From Eremomyces bilateralis CBS 781.70 (taxonomy: Eukaryota), in assembly GCA_010015585.1 (NCBI GenBank), contig ML975151.1: a DNA stretch of 35,478 bases, one strand, 5' to 3'. The notes beneath the pieces were generated by a model. That model saw only the letters and a program-made list of their open reading frames with translations, searched no databases and had not been told where the DNA came from. Shown in pieces: positions 22,400 through 33,837 of the stretch (positions within the stretch are counted from its first letter, which is position 1; every line of letters starts with the position of its first letter). The position numbers were made by a program, and so were the translations under genes.

Positions 22400-25278
22400 C
22401 TTCTTGAGAAGTCTTGGAATAGAGTGCGATGCGAGGCCTGCCTGAGGTGGACGTTAGCAATGGTTGACGGTGAGGTGTTGTTGGTCGCCGTAGACCATCG
22501 ACAACACGATGCAACGAAAGATGATTAAAGTCAATGCATTGCTGCTACGAGGCGCAGGATCGTAACGCCAATGAAGTCATGTAACGGCCCACTTTAACGC
22601 CAAGACCGTAAATGCGGAACCAGCACCAAACTCACCTCGTTGGTTTGAACACTCGAGGGATCTCCGGGTGGTGGATGCTTTGCCCCTAAAGGGAATATGT
22701 CCTGATAACTCCAATATGGTGTCTGAGCTGCATCAGAAGGGTAAATGGCTGTGGAATATTCGGGTTCGAGAGAACGGGTATCCTGCAGATAAGCCATAAT
22801 GTCAACCTTGCGCTCAAAGCATCGACACAACAACAAACCGCTTTGATGTCGAGCCTGTAGGTGGTCTAAATTCGGACCTTGGGTGAAAGAGAATGCAATA
22901 CCTTTATGTACTTCGACCAGGTACACGCGCAGTTCTTTTCTTGTCAACGTGTGGATTGTAACGCAGGCACCCGAAACGATGGATTTCTTGAGCTTTGTGT
23001 CACGGTCTCGAGGAGCGGAATGGTAGGAGATCGACTAGAAATGGATGGACGTCTATTCGATAGTAGGGGGTCGATGATCGGTTGATCTCGTACCGGTGAG
23101 GTCGAGTAAATATGGCGCTTTTCTCGTAGCGCGAACTCTTCCTCGTCCGTTCCTTTTTCAGATGTGCAATCGAATCGGGTCCTGGGAACCTAGACGTCAC
23201 AGAAAGCGGGTCAATACTGGTACGTACAGATCGGCCGAGCCAAAAAGCAAAGAGTCGGACAAGGCGAGAAGGATGAGTAAGGCAGTTACACAACAGTCAA
23301 GGTACAATCGAAGCAGCAGCATGCCAAAGACGGCTATTGAAGAGGAAACCGGCTGGGGTCATTGCGATTCTTGTCGACGCTCAGACAAAGCAACTGAGCG
23401 CGACAATTTGCGCGCTGTTGCAGAAACAAGGAAACATCGACAATGTAAACGACGACTCACTTACCACAAGACCTCAACGTTGCCAATCCGTTCCGGTTGA
23501 CTACTGGCGTGTGTCTAGGTATTAGCGCTCTATGCGGTTGTCGCAGCGGTGCCGACTCAGGATTCGTAGTCTCGCTCGGGAACCGAGAGGATGGAGGAAT
23601 GTCGAGCAGAGAGGAAGACCATGCCTCAAAAGGAGTGAAACGGGCGGTCACGCTACGATGGGAAGGGGTTCCGAGCGGGAGCGAGACGGTCGAGGCACAA
23701 GAGAGGAGAGGCAGCCGAGAGGAACCCAACGAGCGGCGGAATGCAATGGTATAGCGGGTGAACAGAACAGAAGGGTGAGGGTGCAGACTGCAGAGGTGCA
23801 GTAGCAAGATGCACCAAAGCGAGAGAGGAAGAGTGGGGCGTTAGGGGAGCGGAGGGAGGGATGTTTGGCACGGAATATTATTCAAGATGCGCGTTTAGCG
23901 GTCAGGGCCCGTTCATCAAGAAGAGGGAGTCGGTAAGGTTGTAAGCGAAAATATTATGATGGATGATACGGAGCAGGAGTTTGGGCTTTAGCCGGTGGAA
24001 TATGAATGAATTGATATTAGAGGAAGAAAGCAGAAAGGCGAGAACTGATGAGATGGGGATAAGCTAGGTCAGGTACTGTGAGGTATTCAGATTTCAGTAC
24101 TAGTATTGTCAGGTACGTGGACCGTGGTCGGCTATCGGTGGGCCTCTGAACGGCTTCATGGACATGCATGTGGAGGGGGACTGGAGGAGGGTATAGGTGG
24201 GAATCCGGAATACCAAGATGGAATTAGGCTGGCGATTTGCTCAAATAGCAGCCACGGCGCAAGGCGATGACGGCGTCCCGGCGATGGGCGCATCAATGAA
24301 CGTTCCAGCCTCCAGGTGGTGGTGTCCAGGACCTTCAGGTGTTGTCGCTTGAGCGAAGCTTGCCCAGTGCCCACAATTGACAGTTGACTGAGCCAGACGT
24401 TGTGTGTCGTCTCAGCCAGCTCAAAGCAGGTCGCGGATCGCACATCACCGTGGGCAACTTTCTGAGAGCGACAGGCGGTATCTGACCACAGTCCGTAGAG
24501 ATATTTTAGGAGTCGAGGGCTTTTCTCAATTACCCGCTCTCTCCAGAAATCAGGGCTTTACTATAATCATAATAAACTAGATGTGCCTAAACATGCATGT
24601 GCGACTACGCAACACCATCGGTCAAGGCGCTGGATTCAGCTCGAACATAAGGGTCCATGAGGTCCAAATTTATCGCAACTCCTTTTCCTGATGACATTTG
24701 ACAATACCCCGGATCCTTGAAACTTCCCGCCGTTCGCAATTCATATCTGGAACTCCTCATCCTCGTCTCTGATCATCCATCGCCATCTTTCCGAGACGGT
24801 TCCTGCATTATTGGCTGCACTTACGTCGCCTACGTCCGTGAGAGTCCGCGGGATTGGGGGTTGCCAACTGCCAACATACAAAACACCTGCTGCCTCCCGG
24901 ACGGTCCCTGGACGAGCTGCCGGGTTCATGACTAGGTGGTCGGCAACGCTAACGCGAGACACAAAACGCTCCGTTCTCCCGTCGCAACCTCACACAGTCC
25001 TAGTCACAAAATCCACAGGCAAACGTCGCTACGTTTGGATGCTGACGCCATCAAAGTAACATCGATTTCCAATTCCCCGCATAATTGTCGTGTCGTCTCG
25101 TTCGTGTATCTTCTTCGTCTCGCGGTTCCTGCATCAAATCAGTGAACAGGTTGCCAACTTCTACCCCTTCGTCAGCACTCAGCTGTCTTGTGTTCCAGTT
25201 CGGGTTGTTCCTGCGTTGCTGCGCTGTGACCATCTACCGTCAGCCTTAATGCTCCACTGCTGAAGTCCTGAGCTCCCG

Positions 25279-26603
25279 ATGTCCCTCGTTGCAGGGCCAG
25301 GTCGAGGGGGCGCCACCCAAGCCACAGAATCGGTGCCCCTTGTCATGGACAAGCACATCAAATATATCCAAGACTTGAACGAGGTACGCTAACTCCCGTC
25401 ACCCAAGAACTATTTCGATGAACCGCCAACATTCTATGTTCGACTCCTGATAGTGACGTGGTGTAGAGGAAAGACGAGTATGAGTACTGGCTCACGGAGC
25501 ACCTGCGTCTCAATGGCATCTACTGGGGTTTGACGGCCCTTCATCTCCTTCGACATCCGGACGCTCTTCCAAGAGCTGAGGTCCTGGACTTCGTGATTGA
25601 TTGTATGCATGAGAATGGCGGTTTCGGCGCCGCCAAAGGGCATGATCCGCACATGCTATACACAGTCAGTGCCGTTCAGGTCCTAGCGACGCTGGATGCT
25701 TTCGATGAGTTCAATCAACAAGTGGGGGATGGGACCAATAAAGTAGGGCACTGTAAGTTGAACGCACTGATGCACCCCCACCGCCTCCTCCAATCACCGC
25801 CGGCTAACCACGGTTCGATATATATCAGTCATTTCCAACCTGCAGGTCCGCGAAGGCGTCGATGCGGGGACATTCGCCGGCGATGAATTCGGCGAGACGG
25901 ACACCCGATTCCTTTACGGTGCGCTGAATGCTCTGTCATTGCTTGGCATGCTTCCCCTGGTCGATGTCCCTCTCGCGGTCGAGCATATCCAGAAGTGCCA
26001 GAATTCTGACGGCGCCTATGGACTGCGGCCGGGAGGGGAGTCGCATGCCGGCCAAGTGTTCACTTGCGTTGGAGCGTTGGCGATCGCCGGTCGGCTGGAC
26101 TTGGTCGATCGTGATCGGTTGGGTGAATGGCTCAGTGAGCGCCAATTGCCCAACGGAGGACTGAATGGGAGGCCCGAAAAACGTGAGGACGTCTGTTATA
26201 GTTGGTGGGTGCTCACCAGTCTCGCCATGATCGAGCGGTTGCACTGGATTGACGGGCAGAAACTGATCGATTTCATCTTGGGATGTCAGGTGAGTCCTCT
26301 TCCAGCGTTGAGATGTAGCAATTCTGTTTGCTCCCTGATCCGAGACTGAACGGTCATCGAACAGGACCCTGATATAGGAGGAATATCTGATCGGCCAGGC
26401 AATATGGTCGATGTGTTCCATACGCTCTTTGGTATAGCGGGATTAAGCCTCCTCAAGCATCCGGGCCTTGAGGAGGTTGATCCGGTCTAGTGAGTTGATC
26501 ACCTCATCAGAATCCTAGAAGATATTCACTAACAATTCTTCGTAGCTGTATGCCTAAATTAGTGACGAGCAAGTTCCTCACCGGTACTACAACTAAATCA
26601 TGA
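25279..26603 (+). CDS. BET2: Rab geranylgeranyltransferase (GGTase-II) beta subunit (~344 aa); exons 25279-25383, 25467-25752, 25829-26289, 26365-26489, 26546-26603
   Basis: Motifs are [46 protein letters not shown], the Zn-binding [26 protein letters not shown] and VDPVYCMP. There are four canonical introns. Confidence 0.95.
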
Positions 26604-27593
26604 AGTATCTGGTACCTTCAGTTCGGCGGTTCTGCTCACGTAACAGAATGCCAAAGCAAGAGCCCAGACCCGTTTGATTGGATCAACTGAATAGTCCAGT
26701 CTGGTTGAGGACAAGATGATGGTGGAGCCTCCTGCAGCAAACTGAAGGAGCAGGTTTGCTGATTGGTTGGCATTTTTTGCTGCTCGAATTTGATAGGCCA
26801 AATGGTCACGATAGCCTCACAAAATTCACTCACCTACAGAATGGTTCTCTCTCACCCCTCACCTTGAACGGTTCAATTCTCTTTGCTCAATAGCAGTGTG
26901 CATCCAAGCACATGATTTCAATCATATGGCGAGACTCATTAGTTCTGTCTCCTCACGTGTTCACGCGTTAGTCCCGAGACTATGGTATCGTGTCTCATCC
27001 ATAGAGGTTACTCGACGGCATGTACCGTATTTACAGGAACGCGTTGCTTTGAGAACGCGACTGCCTCCCACGCGACCCTCTGGCAGTGGACTGGCGGTGA
27101 GTGCAGGCACAAACGAGTTTCTGCCTTGGACGATTTCCTTCGATCTTCTGCCTCTTCCTCCATTTCGCGGTCTCTCCTTCTCCAGCACAACCTCTGTCAC
27201 TCAAAAAGCCTTCACCGGGCGCGTCGTCTAGGAAAGCACTGCAAAGATCCGGACTCCTCACAGGAAGGCAGTAAATAGACTCCATTCAGCTGGTCGGGCT
27301 TAATCGTCATCTCTATAATCTTCCATCCGCACCCAGGCCTCTCTCCAATTCCTTCTCACAACTATCGGTTCTCACCCATCACTCTGGAGGCGTTCTGTTG
27401 TATTGAGTTTCCTCTACTGTCCCTCCCTCTCTTCATCCCGTATAGTTGCTCTTCCTTCATGCAATTCAATCGAATTGTGTTCCATTCTGTGCACTGTCGT
27501 TTCTCTATGCTTGGTCGTTTCATCTCGTTTTCACGACCAACCTGATACCCTTGATCCCTTTGATCCCTTTGGTCCGGATGCTCTCAAGCAATC

Positions 27594-29277
27594 ATGGCTT
27601 CCATTCCCCTAATCTGCTCCATCTGTCCCAAGAGGCCTCGCTTCAGTGATGTCTCTCATTTGCTCACTCATATTGCTAGCAAGGGCCACTTGTCCCATCA
27701 CTACAAGGTCAAGGTCCGAGCTTCCACTGAGGAAGACTCCCGTCGTCTGCTTGAAGCTTATGACCATTGGTATGAAAAATGGAGAGTCCAAGACTTGATG
27801 TCGGAACGAATGAGTTTGAAGGACAAGCGACGAGCTCGAGCAGCGAGGAATCAGAGTGAGCCCCTTCCAAGCTGGCTTCTCACCTGGCTTTTGACCTGCA
27901 TTCGAGCTTTGGAGATGTGCTTATGGTATATTAGCTCCGCTTTCTCGATCCCAAAGTGTTGCGAGACGCTCACAAGCCAGTCGAGACACTCCGACCAGTC
28001 AAGCCAACTCCGTCGATCCTCGCCTCGGGGATGAGCAACTCAAGGTTGAGAGCCCAGCACCTCATCCATACTACCTGCACTACCCAACGAACGGAATTCC
28101 AATGCACAACGGCCCCCAGAGCCTTGCACCTTACACGGGGCAGCCTCAGCAGATGAGTGCCCTCCCAATTCGTCGACGAACAGACAACAATGATGACGCA
28201 GACTCCGACCTGAGCTACGTGCCGAGGTCTCGAGAGAGCATGATACATGTCGGTACCACCACTGAGCGAGACGGTTTCGAAGTCTCGGAGGCTACAAGAC
28301 TCAAAGGTGTATATTGGCCTGGCATGGACTTGTTCGATTCTGCCACTCCGGAGATGAAGAGAAAGAGGAATCAGAAGAAGGATACCTCGGTCATCAAGCA
28401 GTTGGAGGCCAACTCTCTAGAGGTTGAAGCCAATGAGCTGGTGTTCACACCGGAGGGGACACTCAAGAAGACCCGCAACATCTCGGGCGATCCGTCCGAT
28501 GACAGCGATGATGAGTGGGGGAGCGATGGCTCGGCAAGCCCAGAGCCCACTCACAAGGCACCCACCTCTCGACAGCCACTTGCCGCTCTCCCGTTCGGTG
28601 TTGGACGTCAGAACGATGCTCGCAACGATGTCTTCACTGACACTCCTGCTGCTCACTCAACATTCACTGATGATCGGGCTGAATGGGACCTTGCCTATGG
28701 GGCCAACCGCAAACGCAAGCGGGGCTTCGAGATCTTCCACGACCGTGACATGTCTTTCGGAAACCCTGCTGGCATGAACGTCCTCAACTCCGATTTCCAT
28801 GCCACACAGGCTGAGGAATCCGTACCGAATGGAACCGTCTCAGCTGTTCATCGTCCAGGCCAGAAGTCTACAACTCAGAACAATTACTTCTTCGAGAATT
28901 TTCATGACGATCTTCCATCGGTTAATCAGGAAAATCGGCCTCGTCATACAGAGTCGAGATCCATCAACGGCATGCAACAACTGCAGGATGCCGGTACTCC
29001 CAACTACAAGTTCGCGGTCCAAGATTTGGCCAAGCTCGGTGCCCGCAATGGCAATGCACATGGCAATACCAATGGTCATGGGTTTGTCCAAGCTCGACAG
29101 GACGTGATGTACCAGTTCGTCCCTAGCAACAACGACTTCCAACCCTTCGAACCCTTCGGCCATCAGAACTGGTTGAACCAAAACACATACTACAATTCCA
29201 CGCAGACCTTTGACGGCGATTTCGATGATGCACGCACCATCAGCGCTCCCCCTAGTGAGCACAAGGCTGACGACTAG
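27594..29277 (+). CDS. Uncharacterised protein with N-terminal C2H2 (matrin/U1-like) zinc finger (~534 aa); exons 27594-27855, 27935-29277
   Basis: The finger is CSIC-x14-H-IASKG-H. Intron 27856-27934 (GTGAGC..TAG) joins it in frame to the 391-aa ORF. There is a central ordered-looking block LKGVYWPGMDLFDSATPEMKRKRNQKKD and basic NLS-like runs. Confidence 0.8.
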
Positions 29278-30192
29278 ATTATGACACATCTACATGCGCT
29301 CTTTCATACCTTCACCTTCTTCTTTCTCAGTCTTTCTTGAATACATGTCACGTTCAATCCTTCCCGGCTAGCAAACTCTTCTTCTAGCCCGAGGAGAATA
29401 TACCGATACGTGGAACACTACCAAGCCTACATCCCAATTTCGCTAGACGAGACATTCAGTCCCCTTCCTCCGTTGACAGCGCGGTCTTCTTCACGTACGA
29501 TGACATTGCTCCGACACGCATACTAATTAGCGACGATATCCATTTCGCGACGACACGGTCCTACCATTTCCTGGCCATGTTCTTCGTTGCTTTCCTCTGT
29601 TCCCCATGAGTTCCTTTTCCTTATATATTAGTGTCACCTCCGGTGGCAGTTCTTTTTCCCTTTTCCCTTTACTCCTTTCCTTTCGCACCGCATGATGAAC
29701 CCAGGTTCATCTTTTCCGCTGTCCGAGTACTCGTTTTCTCTGTGAATATGGGTTCTTCTGCATTGTGAGAGCTGAAGGCAAGAGCCAATGGACAGAAAAT
29801 GGGCTGAGGCTGATACGAGGTCACTGTACTTAAAAGCAAACCTTTGCGATCTCTCTCATCGAAAAACAAAAAACAAAAGCAGATTTGTCAGGCATGGGTA
29901 TACTAATCTCGCAAAGCAGATGTAATTAGAAACAGGTCCATAGAATGAACAAGTCCTATCTACGGCTTGTTTCGAAAATAAATCTATCCGAAAGTTGATT
30001 GCCGAGACATGACTTGAACAACCATGCTGTCGTCCTCAATTCAATGGTATCAAGAAGAGCTCCCATTTCTACGCGATGCTTTCCGCTAATGCCAGTACAT
30101 CCCAAAAATGCTATGCCACCTTTCAAATCCCTTCCCAGCCCTGTTTTCAATCTCTCAGCATTTGGCCGGTCCAAAATTTCTAATGGCTCGTT

Positions 30193-31126
30193 TTACTTCT
30201 TCTTCCTTTGCGGCATCCCCTCTCCCAACTCATGTACATTCTTCTTCCACGCCATTTCGCTCTCCTCCCCATTGAGCACCCGATACATCCACCGCAACCC
30301 AACCGTGCTCAACCCCATCACCAGCGCACTCATCCCAAACAGCCCCACCCGCCCCCGATGTCCCACCTCGTCAAAGATCGGATACGGATAGAACCCGTTC
30401 TCCGCATAGCACCGATCCACCCACACCCAATACCCTATCGTGAACGCGCCCGTCAGCGCCGCCACCCCCGCGCCACCTACATCCCATGGCGGCGAAAACA
30501 GCATGCAGTCCACGAAGAGCAGCAGCGCGGGAAAGGCGTGGAAGCACATGTCGGCGAACGGGTCGATCAAGGGGGCCCAGTCGGGGAGGACAAGGCGCTC
30601 GTCGATGGCGCGGAGTCCCCAGTAGAGGAGGGAGACGAGGATGGCGAGGGGCGTGGAGGCGAGGGCGAGGGCATTCTTGGCGGCGAAGAGGGAGCGGGAG
30701 AGGAGGAGGTCGGAGAGGAGGCCGAGGGTGAAGGTGGTGGTGGCGAGGGCGAGGCCGATGATGGTGAGGTATTGGAAGTGCCAGCCGTAGGAGTCGTTGC
30801 TGGTGGGGGGTTAGGTGGGGTGGGATGATGGGCGGTGGAGGGACGTACATGCGGTTGGGATTGATGATTAGACTTTGTGGGCGTTAGTTTCCATGCATTG
30901 TATGAGAAATTGGACGACGTCGATCGGGAACGTACTATCGGAAGGCATAGGCGAAGGCCGCAAGTCCGGTAGACTTTTCATACCCACAGGTTAGCCATCA
31001 CGACATCAAGGTTGAATCTGGGCGACGCACATGGAGGAGGATCGAAGCAGTTCGGGACGGAGACTCGATTCGCTGGAGTGGGTGCCTGGTCAGAGGAGGC
31101 CATCCAGGAGAGGGTTTCGAACTCAT
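30193..31126 (-). CDS. FAR-17a/AIG1-like integral membrane protein (~254 aa); exons 31126-31031, 30973-30936, 30872-30849, 30799-30193
   Basis: The spliced product gives RHPLQR, SYGWHFQYLT, LLYWGL, MCFHAFP and NGFYPYPIF. There are three introns with CTAAC branch sites and two micro-exons. Confidence 0.87.
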
Positions 31127-32582
31127 CTTAGCAGGCTCGCGTAGTGACGTGGAAAGAGGGGATAAGTGTCATGAAATTTTAGGTCTATTGATATAAAGTA
31201 CTCTAACACTGAGGGCAGGTACTTTATACTGAATACTACACAATGGACGGAAGTCAACACAGAAATGACGATGACGTACACAGTATGGCTGCTAGAGCTT
31301 GCGCGAGTCAGTCCAGTCGTGCCTGATTGGACGAAATGGACGAAATGACTCTGCCCCAACTGAGGACCACCACTCGGTTTCGATCGGAAAGGTGAACATG
31401 AGTTTGAAAACAAAACTTCTGAATCACGCATTCTTCTATGTTATCCAAATACACGTGCAGTCCTAGAGTACCCGCAGCGTTCAGAGTGGAGATACTCATC
31501 ATGTGAAGGTCAATCAGTCTAAGTCGCTCCGGGTGGCGCTTTATTCCTAGTGAGAGGAGCATGCTCAAGAGACAGAGACTCAGAGTCGAGGAACCTTAAA
31601 GGGTCGATAGAGGGCCTTAATGATTTTCTTCGCATCTTCTTGCTGAGTCCTATCAAGCACTGGGACATGCACCGCTGCCGCACTAGGCATTCGTGGTGTT
31701 CTCTAAGCGCGGCCATCAGGGTTGGACGGGCGAAACAAATCGGACGGACTCCGCTATCGATCTCGCCTTTACACGGGCAAAGGCATGCCAACCTACCGAA
31801 TGAGCAGGAGCATGCATGTTGTACGGCAATGCTTTGATGTCACATATTGGAATGAGACATTCGAGCGGCACCTTATCGCTATATGTAGATGATTCAACGA
31901 TACTTTGGCCAATGGTTTTTGATAGGCTAGTATTGAGATTCCTTCAAGCTGAAGGAAATCTTGGTTGACATACTGGTACTTATCATTAAGTAACTCACTT
32001 ATATTGTACACAGAAAGATTTGCCACCCATTCGTGTTCCCGAATAGTGTAGCGTCAGGGAAGGCGATTCAAGGAGAAGCGAGACCAGCCGCTTCCAGCCG
32101 CTTGTTACTAAGAAGACTCTCTTATCTTTCAGAAGTGCGATCAAGAACATTGTCTTACATTTGGGAACCCATCGTGTACCTAGACGGAGGCAACGGGAAA
32201 GCATGACGGCGTCTGATGCCTGATCGAGGTGCATTTTACTTGGTAGTTGGCCGCCGAATGCACTGCATGATCATCCAAGTGTGGATATTATAATCCCAAC
32301 GACTCTGTTTCCAAGATTCGTAGGGCGCAATTGTTGGTAGGATGTTACCCTATGAATACAACCCTCTCATCTCTACCATGGTACGGGTGGATTGTTTCGT
32401 ACGAGTCTTGAGATAAGGGACCTTTCAGGTACCTTTGGCAATCCCGCATATATCCGCTCCACAGTCTCGAATCATTGAATAAATGAAGTAAGAAAGCCAA
32501 ATTATTTCCCCCTCGGCCCTATTCAATAATTCTACGGAGAATTGAACAAAAATTTAGCGTTTTTGGGACTAAATCAACAATA

Positions 32583-33754
32583 ATGGCCAAAGACGAGAAA
32601 CCGCCAAAGCTCCCTACGCCATGGGTGAAAACACCTCTAGTTGAATCAGCAGCGTTATCCAAGGCAGCAGGCTGGTAAGTCATAGACATTATTCCAGAAA
32701 ATAAACTACCGTGCCCATTCTAAATCGTAGAAGCAGAGTCTTCCTGAAGCTCGAGAACCTTCAGCCCTCGGGGTCCTTCAAATCCCGCGGAATCGGCAAC
32801 TATCTCCTGGCCGCCATCCACGCGCATCCACCCCGGACGTGCATCCACTTCTACAGCTCGTCCGGCGGCAACGCCGGGCTCGCCTGTGTCCGCGCCGCGA
32901 CCACGCTAGGATGCAAAGCAAGCGTGATCGTGCCGCTGAGCACCAAGCTCCGCATGATCGAGAAGATCAATCTCGCGGGGGCGGACGAGGTGATCCAGCA
33001 CGGGGCCAGTTGGAAGGAGGCGGATCAGTATCTGCGGGAGGTGGTAATTGGGTCCGGAGAGGGGAGGGGACGGAAGGCGGGTGGGGAGGTGAAGATATAT
33101 GTTCCGCCGTTTGATCATGAGGATATTTGGGAGGGGAATTCGACCGTGGTGGATGAGATCGCGGAACAGCTGCCCATTTTCGACGAGAAGGAGACGAATA
33201 TCGTCACCACGAATGGGACACATGCTGCCCATGGTGATCCTCCAGCGGCTATTCTATGCTCCGTTGGTGGTGGCGGCCTGTTCAATGGTGTCGTGGATGG
33301 CATTGAACGACGGGACGGCTGGGCGAGCACACCGGTTCTAGCCATGGAGACCGATGGAGCGCACTCCCTTGCCGCGTCGATCGAAGCGGGGGAGGTTGTC
33401 ACTCTACCTGCCATCACCTCCCTTGCGAAGAGCTTAGGCGCGTCACGCGTCAGTGAGCAGACGTTCAAGTACGCTAGCACTCGACCCAACGTGAAGAGCG
33501 TGGTGCTGGAGGATTGGGAGGCGGCTCTTGGTTGTCTCCGTCTGGCGGACGAGGATCGGCTGATGGTGGAGCTGGCATGTGGAGTCAATGTCGCCATGTG
33601 CTTCGGTGGGAGACTGGGGAAGGCGTTGGAGAGAAAGGTACGGCACACGGATAAGGTGGTGATCGTGTTGTGTGGGGGCAGCGACGTGTCCATTGAGAGC
33701 ATGGTTGGCTGGCGTGGCGACTATGCTGGGAAGGCGTTGGAAGTTTCGGTTTGA
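32583..33754 (+). CDS. CHA1: PLP-dependent L-serine/L-threonine dehydratase (Cha1/SDS-like; ~370 aa); exons 32583-32674, 32734-33754
   Basis: The spliced product reads PWVKTPL..AAG|CRVFLKLENLQPSGSFKSRGIG (PLP lysine), followed by SSGGNAG, YVPPFDH, SVGGGGL, VELACG and VLCGG. Confidence 0.9.
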
Positions 33755-33837
33755 AAGACAATGCAAATTGACTCATGTAATACAAATCTGGCACATATAT
33801 AGCTACAGACGAAAAAGGGTTTGGAATAGATGTGTAC

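Noticed and set aside
27545..27575. Short tandem repeats: (GATCCCTTT)x2-3 here, others near 190, 12457, 14423, 31328 and 32085
   Set aside because: They have two or three copies with no unique spacers. This is ordinary slippage, not CRISPR-like or a mobile element.
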